A DNA stretch of 8,416 bases. It comes from a virus. Lineage: Duplodnaviria > Heunggongvirae > Uroviricota > Caudoviricetes. The notes beneath the pieces are model-generated. The model was not told the origin of the DNA. It was given only the letters and a program-made list of their open reading frames with translations, and did no database searches. Both the position numbers and the translations under genes were made by a program. Shown piece by piece: positions 1 to 7,025 of this stretch; the stretch's first letter is position 1; each line of letters starts with the position of its first letter. The stretch lies in IMG/VR virus record IMGVR_UViG_2728369185_000004. One strand, written 5' to 3'.

Positions 1-408
1 GCACATCAGCAAAACGCTATTCACGCAGTACAGCAAATCCTTCCAGACCCAACCAAACCAATCGTAGTAACCATTCAGGAACGCAACCGCAGCTTAGACC
101 AAAACAGGAAGCTATGGGCCTGCTTAGGTGACGTCTCTCGTCAGGTTGAATGGCATGGTCGCTGGCTGGATGCAGAAAGCTGGAAGTGTGTGTTTACCGC
201 AGCATTAAAGCAGCAGGATGTTGTTCCTAACCTTGCCGGGAATGGCTTTGTGGTAATAGGCCAGTCAACCAGCAGGATGCGTGTAAACGAATTTGCGGAG
301 CTATTAGAGCTTATACAGGCATTCGGTACAGAGCGTGGCGTTAAGTGGTCAGACGAAGCGCGACTGGCTCTCGAATGGAAAGCGCGATGGGGAGATCGGG
401 CTGCATGA
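1..408 (+). CDS. ninB: NinB (lambda Orf-family recombination protein), 5' end outside window
   Basis: Frame-1 translation from base 1 (AHQQNAIHAVQQILPDPTKPIVVTIQERNRSLDQNRKLWACLGDVSRQVEWHGRWLDAESWKCVFTAALKQQ...[11 protein letters not shown]) matches lambda NinB almost residue for residue as I recall it. Stop TGA 406-408 overlaps the next ATG at 405-407 (ATGA). Confidence 0.9.
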   Translation, partial: AHQQNAIHAVQQILPDPTKPIVVTIQERNRSLDQNRKLWACLGDVSRQVEWHGRWLDAESWKCVFTAALKQQDVVPNLAGNGFVVIGQSTSRMRVNEFAELLELIQAFGTERGVKWSDEARLALEWKARWGDRAA

Positions 409-932
409 CTATCAAATCAAATACGCCAGCACACGACAAGGACTGCTGGCAAACGCCGCTTTGGCTTTTTGATGCACTGGATATTGAGTTTGGATTCTGG
501 CTGGATTCGGCAGCGAGCGACAAAAATGCTCTGTGCGCTCACTGGCTAACTGAGGACGACGACGCGCTCAATTCTGAGTGGGTAAGCCACGGTGCAATCT
601 GGAATAACCCACCGTACAGCAATATCAGGCCGTGGGTGGAAAAAGCCGCTGAGCAGTGTATACAACAGCGACAGACGGTAGTGATGCTTGTGCCAGAGGA
701 TATGTCTGTCGGATGGTTCAGCAAGGCTCTGGAGAGTGTTGACGAAGTTCGTATTATCACTGATGGACGGATTAATTTTATCGAACCATCGACAGGGCTG
801 GAGAAGAAGGGAAACAGCAAAGGCTCCATGCTGCTGATTTGGCGACCGTTCATCAGTCCTCGACGGATGTTTACTACCGTATCCAAAGCGGCATTGATGG
901 CGATCGGGCAGGGCGTCAGGAGGGCTGCATGA
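405..932 (+). CDS. Phage Dam-like DNA N6-adenine methyltransferase (orphan, no cognate nuclease seen)
   Basis: 175-aa product from ATG 405 ([26 protein letters not shown]...) with catalytic NPPY motif (WNNPPYSN) typical of N6-adenine methyltransferases. Sits between ninB and ninE; ATGA start/stop overlaps on both sides. The ORF-track start at 345 is an upstream in-frame extension overlapping ninB. Confidence 0.8.
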   Translation: MTIKSNTPAHDKDCWQTPLWLFDALDIEFGFWLDSAASDKNALCAHWLTEDDDALNSEWVSHGAIWNNPPYSNIRPWVEKAAEQCIQQRQTVVMLVPEDMSVGWFSKALESVDEVRIITDGRINFIEPSTGLEKKGNSKGSMLLIWRPFISPRRMFTTVSKAALMAIGQGVRRAA

Positions 933-1105
933 GACGACAGCGACGAAGCATCACCGACATAATCTGCGAAAACTGCAAATACCTTCCAACGAAACGCTCC
1001 AGAAATAAACGCAAGCTAATCCCAAAAGAATCTGACGTAAAAACCTTCAATTACACAGCCCACCTGTGGGATATCCGGTGGCTAAGATATCGTGCGAGGA
1101 AATGA
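929..1105 (+). CDS. ninE: NinE
   Basis: [58 protein letters not shown] closely matches lambda NinE. ATG 929 overlaps the methyltransferase stop (ATGA). The track ORF from 839 is an in-frame upstream extension. Confidence 0.85.
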   Translation: MRRQRRSITDIICENCKYLPTKRSRNKRKLIPKESDVKTFNYTAHLWDIRWLRYRARK

Positions 1106-1449
1106 CAATGGATTATTCACAGTTAAGTGATTTTGAAATTAACAGAATGGTAGGAGACATAATTTTTAAAGGCCTTTGGGCAAGTAAACCGGAAACATCA
1201 GGGAATAACACCAACAAATGGTATTACGGAAATGCTGATACAACTTTTGAGCCATTCAATCATTTGCCTGACTACTGCAATGATCCGAGCGCTTCATGGC
1301 CGATTATTGAGAAATACAGGATTTCTATCTTAGACCAGTTAACTGAATGGTGTGTGGATGCAAAAGGCGTAAGCCCAATATTTGATACCAGACCTCTCCG
1401 CGCCGCCATGATTGTCTTTCTCCTGATGCAGGAGGCCAATAATGCTTAG
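1102..1449 (+). CDS. Conserved nin-region protein of unknown function, NinX-like by position (between ninE and ninF as in P22)
   Basis: 115-aa ORF from ATG 1102 ([19 protein letters not shown]...), start overlapping the ninE stop (ATGA). Assignment is by synteny and recollection of nin-region proteins, not sequence identity I can verify. Confidence 0.55.
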   Translation: MTMDYSQLSDFEINRMVGDIIFKGLWASKPETSGNNTNKWYYGNADTTFEPFNHLPDYCNDPSASWPIIEKYRISILDQLTEWCVDAKGVSPIFDTRPLRAAMIVFLLMQEANNA

Positions 1450-1636
1450 CCCATCTCAATCCCTTCAATACCTGAAAGAAAGCATAGAGCGGGCTTCAAT
1501 GTGCACAGAGTGGATTCTATCTAGGTTTAGCGCATACAGAAGATTGCCGGTAAAGGGCATGCCAAGCAAGTCGATGCTGCATATGCAAAAGAATGCGCGC
1601 TGGAAGGTATGGCGAGAACACAGGTTATGTGGCTGA
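1442..1636 (+). CDS. ninF: NinF-like N-terminus with divergent, probably non-native C-terminus (chimeric or disrupted ninF)
   Basis: First ~18 residues [18 protein letters not shown] match lambda NinF ([18 protein letters not shown]...). The rest lacks the NinF Cys-rich motifs, and the ORF ends 20 nt before rusA instead of overlapping it. Confidence 0.4.
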   Translation: MLSPSQSLQYLKESIERASMCTEWILSRFSAYRRLPVKGMPSKSMLHMQKNARWKVWREHRLCG

Positions 1637-1659
1637 AAGAGGGGGTTATTAAGGCGTGA
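1531..1659 (+). pseudogene. ybcO: 3' remnant of a ybcO-like (DUF1364) gene in frame 1, lacking a start
   Basis: Frame 1 after stop 1528-1530 reads ...[27 protein letters not shown] and ends at TGA 1657-1659, overlapping the rusA GTG at 1656 (GTGA). This matches my recollection of the K-12 YbcO C-terminus. There is no in-frame start until ATG 1609. Confidence 0.4.
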
Positions 1660-2018
1660 ATACCTACAGCATCACATTACCCTGGCCTCCGAGCAATAAT
1701 CGCTATTACCGCCATAATCGCGGGCGCACGCACGTCAGCGCAGAGGGGCAGGCATACCGCGATAACGTCGCCCGAATCATTAAAAACGCAATGCTGGATA
1801 TCGGCCTAGCTATGCCTGTGAAAATCCGCATTGAGTGCCACATGCCGGATCGCCGTCGCCGTGACCTGGATAATCTGCAAAAAGCCGCTTTTGACGCACT
1901 CACTAAAGCAGGTTTCTGGCTGGATGATGCTCAGGTCGTTGATTACCGCGTTGTGAAGATGCCTGTTACCAAAGGTGGGAGGCTGGAACTGACCATCACC
2001 GAAATGGGGAATGAATGA
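1656..2018 (+). CDS. rusA: RusA Holliday-junction resolvase
   Basis: 120-aa product (start shown as M, codon is GTG) [119 protein letters not shown] matches E. coli RusA. Purine-rich RBS (aaagaggggg) upstream. Confidence 0.9.
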   Translation: MNTYSITLPWPPSNNRYYRHNRGRTHVSAEGQAYRDNVARIIKNAMLDIGLAMPVKIRIECHMPDRRRRDLDNLQKAAFDALTKAGFWLDDAQVVDYRVVKMPVTKGGRLELTITEMGNE

Positions 2019-2155
2019 TGTTTGAGTTTAATATGGCAGAACTTCTTCGCCACCGCTGGGGGCGTCTGCGCTTATATCGTTTCCTCGGTTCTGTTTTGAC
2101 CGATTACCGAATACTGAAGAATTACGCCAAAACCCTGACAGGAACAGGAGTATGA
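2015..2155 (+). CDS. ylcG: Small protein YlcG-like (46 aa), below the ORF-track size cutoff
   Basis: Manual translation from ATG 2015: [46 protein letters not shown], stop TGA 2153-2155. Start overlaps the rusA stop (ATGA). Matches my recollection of DLP12 ylcG between rusA and Q. Confidence 0.55.
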   Translation: MMFEFNMAELLRHRWGRLRLYRFLGSVLTDYRILKNYAKTLTGTGV

Positions 2156-2240
2156 AGTCAGAGATAACAATCAACTAATACTGTTTTGTTGATTTTTGCT
2201 TGTAATTGGCGTTCTGGTCTGATTTTTGTGGAGTAAGTTG

Positions 2241-2624
2241 ATGCGTGATATTCAGATGGTTCTTGAGCGTTGGGGTGCGTGGGCGGCTAATAATCATGAA
2301 GATGTGACCTGGTCGTCCATTGCCGCCGGCTTTAAGGGATTAATTCCTTCAAAAGTAAAATCTCGCCCGCAATGTTGTGACGATGACGCGATGATCATTT
2401 GCGGGTGCATGGCCCGTCTGAAAAAGAACAACAGCGATTTACACGATTTATTAGTAGATTATTATGTATGTGGTATGACATTCATGTCACTGGCAAGTAA
2501 GCATTGCTGCTCGGATGGTTATATCGGGAAAAGGTTACAGAAGGCTGAGGGCATAATTGAAGGGATGTTAATGGCATTAGATATCCGGTTAGATATGGAT
2601 ATCGTTGCTAATAATTCTAATTGA
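2241..2624 (+). CDS. quuD: Late-gene antiterminator Q (phage 82/21 type)
   Basis: 127-aa product from ATG 2241 ([34 protein letters not shown]...[16 protein letters not shown]...) matches DLP12 QuuD / Q82-family. GGAG RBS at 2229-2233. The track ORF start at 2226 is an extension. Confidence 0.85.
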   Translation: MRDIQMVLERWGAWAANNHEDVTWSSIAAGFKGLIPSKVKSRPQCCDDDAMIICGCMARLKKNNSDLHDLLVDYYVCGMTFMSLASKHCCSDGYIGKRLQKAEGIIEGMLMALDIRLDMDIVANNSN

Positions 2625-2761
2625 TATGCAATTGTTTACTAAAAGTTATTAAAAATGGGGCGTGGAAACGCCCCCAAAATAAAGGGTAATATATAACAGA
2701 AGGTTTATATAGTAAGAAGCAAGGTAGTGCTTCTAAAGGAAGTGGCTTGAGGGCTCCACTT
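2625..2761 (+). promoter_or_regulatory. Candidate late promoter PR-prime / qut region immediately downstream of Q
   Basis: Position by analogy with lambda and phage 82, where PR-prime and the Q-utilisation site directly follow Q; AT-rich. I could not place the -35/-10 hexamers confidently. Confidence 0.35.
2645..2675 (-). terminator. Candidate intrinsic terminator read on the minus strand
   Basis: Perfect hairpin GGGGCG-TGGAAA-CGCCCC (2657-2675); on the minus strand it is followed by ATTTTTAATAAC. It could instead be an RNA structure in the plus-strand late leader. Confidence 0.35.
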
Positions 2762-2802
2762 ATATGTTGCGGAGGCAAAGCCTCCCGCAACATATCTTTT
2801 TC
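2762..2802 (+). terminator. Rho-independent terminator candidate (tR-prime-like), 18 nt beyond the porin stop
   Basis: Long stem atatgttgcggagg / cctcccgcaacatat with loop caaag, followed by CTTTTT on the plus strand. Confidence 0.5.
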
Positions 2803-2812
2803 GTAAGTCAGA

Positions 2813-3678
2813 TTAGAACTGATAAACCAGACCTACAGCGACGATGTCGTCGGTATCAATACCAGCTGTTTTGGTAAACTTACTATCGTCAATTAAGTTG
2901 ATTTTGTAATCAACAAAAGTGGACATGTTTTTATTAAAGTAGTAAGTAGCACCGACATCGACATACTTGACTAAGTCTCGGTCACCATGAACACCAAGGT
3001 CTTTACCTTTTGACTGAAGGTAAGCAACAGATGGACGCAGACCGAAGTCAAACTGATATTGTGCTACTGCTTCAAAGTTTTGTGCTTTGTTTGCAATATG
3101 GTTATTACCAAAAACGGTCATATTCTGAGTTTCAGAATATGTGGTAGCCAGATAGATATTGTTCGCATCATATTTCAGGCCTGCAGCCCATACTTCCGCA
3201 TTTTTGCCGGAGGCATTGAATTTGCTCTTACCATAGGCGACCTGACCGTCAGTGCGATCTGATTTAGCATAGGTTGCACCCACGCCGAATCCTTCATACT
3301 CATAAGTAGTGGAGAAACCGAAACCATCACCATTGGCTTCAGTTACGTCAGTGCGGTCATTTTTACCCTGATACTGAGCAGCAAAGTTCAGGCCATCGAC
3401 CAGACCAAAGAAGTCGTTGTTACGATAAGTTGCAACACCAGTAGTGCGACCAGTCATGAACACATCTGTTTGGGTCCAGGTATCACCACCGAATTCTGGC
3501 AGAACGTCAGTCCACGCACCGATGTCGTATGCTACACCGTAGTTACGGCCGTAATCGATTGAGCCGTAATCACCAAATTTCAGGCCTGCAAATGCAAGAC
3601 GGGTTTTGTCTTTGGAAGAACCTTGAGATTCAGCACGGTTGCCTTTGAATTCATATTCCCACTGACCGAAACCAGTCA
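2813..3678 (-). CDS. nmpC: OmpC/NmpC-family outer-membrane porin, 3' end intact, 5' end runs into the N gap
   Basis: Minus-strand translation is continuous from 3678 to stop at 2813: ...[80 protein letters not shown]...AVGLVYQF, with hallmark porin motifs and the C-terminal YQF. The track start at 3463 is an internal GTG. About 70 N-terminal residues including the signal peptide are unaccounted for. Confidence 0.85.
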
Positions 3679-3771
3679 NNNNNNNNNNNNNNNNNNNNNN
3701 NNNNNNNNNNNNNNNNNNNNNNNNNNNNNNNNNNNNNNNNNNNNNNNNNNNNNNNNNNNNNNNNNNNNNNN
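3679..3771. other. Run of 93 N (unresolved or masked sequence)
   Basis: Literal n characters in the sequence, interrupting the porin 5' region. Confidence 1.
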
Positions 3772-4197
3772 TGTACGCCCTTTTTTTGAACTATTATTAA
3801 AAAATGATGTCACTGCGCGATAAATATTCATCTAATCAATGTGATTATTTCAAGATGTAAGTTTTAGTTTCTCATTTAATTTGTGAAGTAGATCTCTATT
3901 TTTATCTGAACCTTTTCTATCTAATCCTATTCATGGCTCTTGTCTGAACAAAAATAAATCTATTAGCTAATTTATATTAATGGCACTTATTTATAAGTGC
4001 TCTATAATTCTTTAGCTTAATTTAAACAAACTAAAAATAACATCGGAAATTATTAACTGGTTATTTGTTGAAGTTTTCTTATGCATTTGTGGTGGTGTTT
4101 TGAACACTCGGTGGCATTCTCACAAATATCATTTAGTAGTTTACGTACGTAAAAAATTGGTTATGCTGTTAAGAGTGGTTACTTCGTCACACAGCTT

Positions 4198-4228
4198 AAA
4201 CCCGCCGTCGAGCGGGTTTTTCCATTTT
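4198..4228 (+). terminator. Rho-independent terminator candidate upstream of the lysis cassette
   Basis: Hairpin AAACCCGC-cgtcga-GCGGGTTT followed by TTCCATTTTTT on the plus strand. Confidence 0.5.
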
Positions 4229-4359
4229 TTGAGTCTCGATATTAGCTGATAACCCAATACCTGAGTTATTCACTGACTCCGAATCTGTTACGTTTCTGCC
4301 TTTATTGCGATACGTAGTATCCCCTTAATTTACACCCGCTTTGTCTGCGAGGTGGGGTT

Positions 4360-4575
4360 ATGAAATCCATGGATAAGTTAACAACGGGTGTCGCCTATGG
4401 TACCTCAGCAGGTAGTGCCGGGTACTGGTTTTTACAGTTGCTCGATAAAGTCACGCCCTCACAGTGGGCGGCAATAGGTGTGCTGGGTAGCCTGGTATTT
4501 GGCCTGCTGACGTACCTGACAAACCTTTATTTCAAGATTAAAGAAGATAAGCGCAAGGCTGCGAGAGGTGAATAA
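4360..4575 (+). CDS. essD: Class II pinholin, phage 21 S-type, dual start (antiholin from Met1, holin from Met4)
   Basis: [71 protein letters not shown]: two TM segments plus a charged C-terminus, matching S21. RBS gaggtgggg at 4349-4357. Confidence 0.9.
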
Positions 4576-5072
4576 TGCCTCCATCATTACGAAAAGCCGT
4601 TGCTGCTGCTATTGGTGGCGGAGCAATTGCTATAGCATCAGTGTTAATCACTGGCCCAAGTGGTAACGATGGTCTGGAAGGTGTCAGCTACATACCATAC
4701 AAAGATATTGTTGGTGTATGGACTGTATGTCACGGGCATACAGGAAAAGACATCATGCTCGGTAAAACGTATACCAAAGCAGAATGCAAAGCCCTCCTGA
4801 ATAAAGACCTTGCCACGGTCGCCAGACAAATTAACCCGTACATCAAAGTCGATATACCGGAAACAATGCGCGGCGCTCTTTACTCATTCGTTTACAACGT
4901 GGGTGCTGGCAATTTCAGAACATCGACGCTTCTTCGCAAAATAAACCAGGGCGATATCAAAGGCGCATGTGATCAGCTACGTCGCTGGACATATGCTGGC
5001 GGTAAGCAATGGAAAGGTCTCATGACTCGTCGTGAGATTGAGCGTGAAATCTGTTTGTGGGGTCAGCAATGA
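4575..5072 (+). CDS. rrrD: SAR endolysin (signal-anchor-release lysozyme, phage 21 R-type)
   Basis: N-terminal Gly/Ala-rich SAR segment ([20 protein letters not shown]) followed by a T4-lysozyme-like catalytic region (E...D...T spacing, ...[25 protein letters not shown]...). ATG 4575 overlaps the holin stop TAA. Confidence 0.9.
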   Translation: MPPSLRKAVAAAIGGGAIAIASVLITGPSGNDGLEGVSYIPYKDIVGVWTVCHGHTGKDIMLGKTYTKAECKALLNKDLATVARQINPYIKVDIPETMRGALYSFVYNVGAGNFRTSTLLRKINQGDIKGACDQLRRWTYAGGKQWKGLMTRREIEREICLWGQQ

Positions 5073-5530
5073 ACAGAGTAACCGCGATTATCTCCGCTCT
5101 GGTTATCTGCATCATCGTCTGCCTGTCATGGGCTGTTAATCATTACCGTGATAACGCCATTACCTACAAAGCCCAGCGCGACAAAAATGCCAGAGAACTG
5201 ACGCTGGCGAACGCGGTAATTACTGACATACAGATGCGTCAGCGTGATGTTGCTGCGCTCGATGCAAAATACACGAAGGAGTTAGCTGATGCGAAAGCTG
5301 AAAATGATGCTCTGCGTGATGATGTTGCCGCTGGTCGTCGTCGGTTGCACATCAAAGCAGTCTGTCAGTCAGTGCGTGAAGCCACCACCGCCTCCGGCGT
5401 GGATAATGCAGCCTCCCCCCGACTGGCAGACACCGCTGAACGGGATTATTTCACCCTCAGAGAGAGGCTGATCACTATGCAAAAACAACTGGAAGGAACC
5501 CAGAAGTATATTAATGAGCAGTGCAGATAG
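5069..5530 (+). CDS. rzpD: Rz i-spanin
   Basis: [23 protein letters not shown]... has an N-terminal TM segment then a coiled-coil-rich periplasmic domain. ATG 5069 overlaps the endolysin stop (ATGA). The track start at 5057 is an alternative-codon extension. Confidence 0.85.
   Translation: MNRVTAIISALVICIIVCLSWAVNHYRDNAITYKAQRDKNARELTLANAVITDIQMRQRDVAALDAKYTKELADAKAENDALRDDVAAGRRRLHIKAVCQSVREATTASGVDNAASPRLADTAERDYFTLRERLITMQKQLEGTQKYINEQCR
5289..5471 (+). CDS. rzoD: Rz1 o-spanin lipoprotein, embedded in the +1 frame of Rz
   Basis: [60 protein letters not shown]: lipobox LVVVGC and proline-rich mature part, essentially lambda Rz1. RBS gaaggag 7 nt upstream. Confidence 0.85.
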   Translation: MRKLKMMLCVMMLPLVVVGCTSKQSVSQCVKPPPPPAWIMQPPPDWQTPLNGIISPSERG

Positions 5531-5561
5531 AGCTGCCCATATCGATGGGCAACTCATGCAA

Positions 5562-5855
5562 TTATTGTGAGCAATACACACGCGCTTCCAGCGGAGTATA
5601 AATGCCTAAAGTAATAAAACCGAGCAATCCATTTACGAATGTTTGCTGGGTTTCTGTTTTAACAACATTTTCTGCACCACCACAAATTTTTGCTGCATCG
5701 ACAGTTTTCTTCTGCCCAATTCCCGAAACGAAGAAATGATGGGTGATGGTTTCCTTTGGTGTTACTGCTGTAGGTTTGTTTCCAACAGTAAACGTCTGTT
5801 GAGCACATCCTGTAATAAGCATTGCCAGAGCGGCAGAAAACAACATTTTTTTCAT
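5562..5855 (-). CDS. borD: Bor lipoprotein (serum-resistance moron)
   Basis: MKKMLFSAALAMLITGCAQQTFTVGNKPTAVTPKETITHHFFVSGIGQKKTVDAAKICGGAENVVKTETQQTFVNGLLGFITLGIYTPLEARVYCSQ matches lambda Bor, lipobox LITGC. Start chosen at the ATG with an AGGA RBS; the track ORF to 5903 is an extension. Confidence 0.85.
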   Translation of the reverse strand: MKKMLFSAALAMLITGCAQQTFTVGNKPTAVTPKETITHHFFVSGIGQKKTVDAAKICGGAENVVKTETQQTFVNGLLGFITLGIYTPLEARVYCSQ

Positions 5856-6335
5856 CTTATTATCCTGCATTGTTAAAAACGGCAGAATCCTATGTGACAA
5901 CAATTAAACGATAGTTAAATGGATTGATGAAAATTAAAACTACACAGGTGGGCTCAGACTATTGGAGGAAGTTGGGGACACTCAGAATCCTGTGGAATGA
6001 AATAAACCGGTCTATCCGTCCATTACCCTTTTAGCTGCGCTGTATCGTCGCCGTATTCCCGCATTAACCATGACCGTAGCCCGACGGGGAATTCCTTCTG
6101 CGTGAGTGTGCGGGAATAATTAAAAACGATGCACACCGGGTTTTTACCGCGTTAATGATTCGCGGGTTTATCCCGGTGCGATGGTGGAAGAAACAGGAAG
6201 CTGTATTACAGAAAGTGCTACTACTGTATCCCGATGCGATGTATGTAATGTGAGTCAGATAATGGCACAGGATGTGGTGATGTGGCAGTCTGGAACACAG
6301 GATATATTGTCAGAATAAGACCCGTAGGAATAAAA

Positions 6336-6662
6336 ATGAAAAGACGCCTTTTACTACTTTTTCTGTTATCTGTCCTGGCAGTGGGATGCTCGCAGCAAAA
6401 AGCTGATGAGCCCCGGCAATTAGTGACGGTGTATCCACGATATCCGGAATATGCTGCAGCAAATTATATCAAGGGGCTGGTTGAGGTTAAGTTCGATATT
6501 GGTGCTGATGGGACTGTGACACGGATCGTTTTTCTCCGCTCAGAGCCTCATAATTTGTTTCGTGATGAAGTGGTGAAGGCCATGGCGAAATGGCGATTTG
6601 AAAAGAATCGCCCCTGTCAGGGAGTGAAGAGACAATTTATCTTTACGCCGTCACGTCCTTGA
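6336..6662 (+). CDS. Lipoprotein with TonB C-terminal-like domain (prophage moron, function unknown)
   Basis: From ATG 6336: signal peptide MKRRLLLLFLLSVLAVGC with lipobox LAVGC. The mature part YPRYPEYAAANYIKGLVEVKFDIGADGTVTRIVFLRSEPHNLFRDEVVKAMAKWRFEKNRP aligns motif for motif with the E. coli TonB C-terminal domain ([59 protein letters not shown]). RBS taggaa at 6325-6330. Confidence 0.6.
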   Translation: MKRRLLLLFLLSVLAVGCSQQKADEPRQLVTVYPRYPEYAAANYIKGLVEVKFDIGADGTVTRIVFLRSEPHNLFRDEVVKAMAKWRFEKNRPCQGVKRQFIFTPSRP

Positions 6663-6784
6663 TGCTTCCAGGTAGAGAGGGGCTGGAAGCAGGAGAAAAA
6701 TGAAAGAGCCAGCGGTTATATTTTTGTCATGGCTGACGAGGAATGATGGAAGAAGGCGTTGTATGCCACACAACGCCTCACTGT

Positions 6785-6964
6785 TCATTTCTTCTTTTTC
6801 TCTGGTGGAACCCGATGAATAAGAGTTGCACTGGTTTCCGATGAGATGGCGATATACTCGGGCAAAGTATGCTGGCAGTTTTCCAACTGGTCAAAAATAC
6901 CTGCTCTCGTCTGTTGCAATGCCTGCAGCATGCGGCGGCAATGCGCCTTGCTTTTACTAACCAT
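6785..6964 (-). CDS. Hypothetical 59-aa protein
   Basis: MVSKSKAHCRRMLQALQQTRAGIFDQLENCQHTLPEYIAISSETSATLIHRVPPEKKKK. Strong RBS on the minus strand (GAGGAAGGAAAG just upstream of ATG at 6964). It is the 3' part of the 117-aa track ORF 6785..7138, whose own start has no RBS. Confidence 0.35.
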   Translation of the reverse strand: MVSKSKAHCRRMLQALQQTRAGIFDQLENCQHTLPEYIAISSETSATLIHRVPPEKKKK

Positions 6965-7025
6965 CTTTCCTTCCTCTATCAGTCGCTGCGTGAACTCATC
7001 ATGGAATACCAGGTAAATGCGGATG

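Noticed and set aside
341-523. 60-aa minus-strand ORF
   Set aside because: Antisense to the ninB/methyltransferase junction, where both plus-strand genes have strong homology support; no motifs.
539-886. 115-aa minus-strand ORF
   Set aside because: Lies entirely antisense within the methyltransferase CDS; likely a shadow ORF.
839-928. Upstream extension of the ninE ORF
   Set aside because: Homology to NinE begins at MRRQRR (ATG 929); the extension overlaps the methyltransferase and is an artefact of calling the longest ORF.
1706-1903. 65-aa minus-strand ORF
   Set aside because: Antisense inside rusA, which is unambiguously coding on the plus strand.
2813-2830. IS5 insertion at the porin 3' end, as I recall for K-12 DLP12
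   Set aside because: Looked for it; the porin C-terminus is intact through the terminal YQF and no IS-like sequence or inverted repeats are present there.
3059-3262. 67-aa plus-strand ORF
   Set aside because: Antisense within the porin gene.
3623-3823. 66-aa plus-strand ORF containing a run of X
   Set aside because: Spans the N gap; an artefact of translating unresolved bases.
3772-3831. Minus-strand ORF MNIYRAVTSFFNNSSKKGRT reading into the gap
   Set aside because: Checked as a possible porin N-terminus or signal peptide; it does not resemble one, and the region is AT-rich, non-coding-looking sequence.
4644-4829. 61-aa minus-strand ORF
   Set aside because: Antisense within the SAR endolysin.
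5369-5581. 70-aa minus-strand ORF
   Set aside because: Antisense to Rz/Rz1; no features.
5643-5876. 77-aa plus-strand ORF
   Set aside because: Antisense within bor.
5856-5903. N-terminal extension of bor (MLSHRILPFLTMQDNK)
   Set aside because: The Bor signal peptide begins at MKKML, which has its own RBS; the extension is unlikely to be translated.
5926-6318. Short plus-strand ORFs of 34 and 45 aa in the bor / lipoprotein intergenic region
   Set aside because: No RBS, no recognisable features; the region is better explained as regulatory or structured DNA.
6282-6335. N-terminal extension of the TonB-C lipoprotein ORF
   Set aside because: The lipoprotein signal peptide starts at MKRRLL with an RBS; the upstream in-frame codons lack one.
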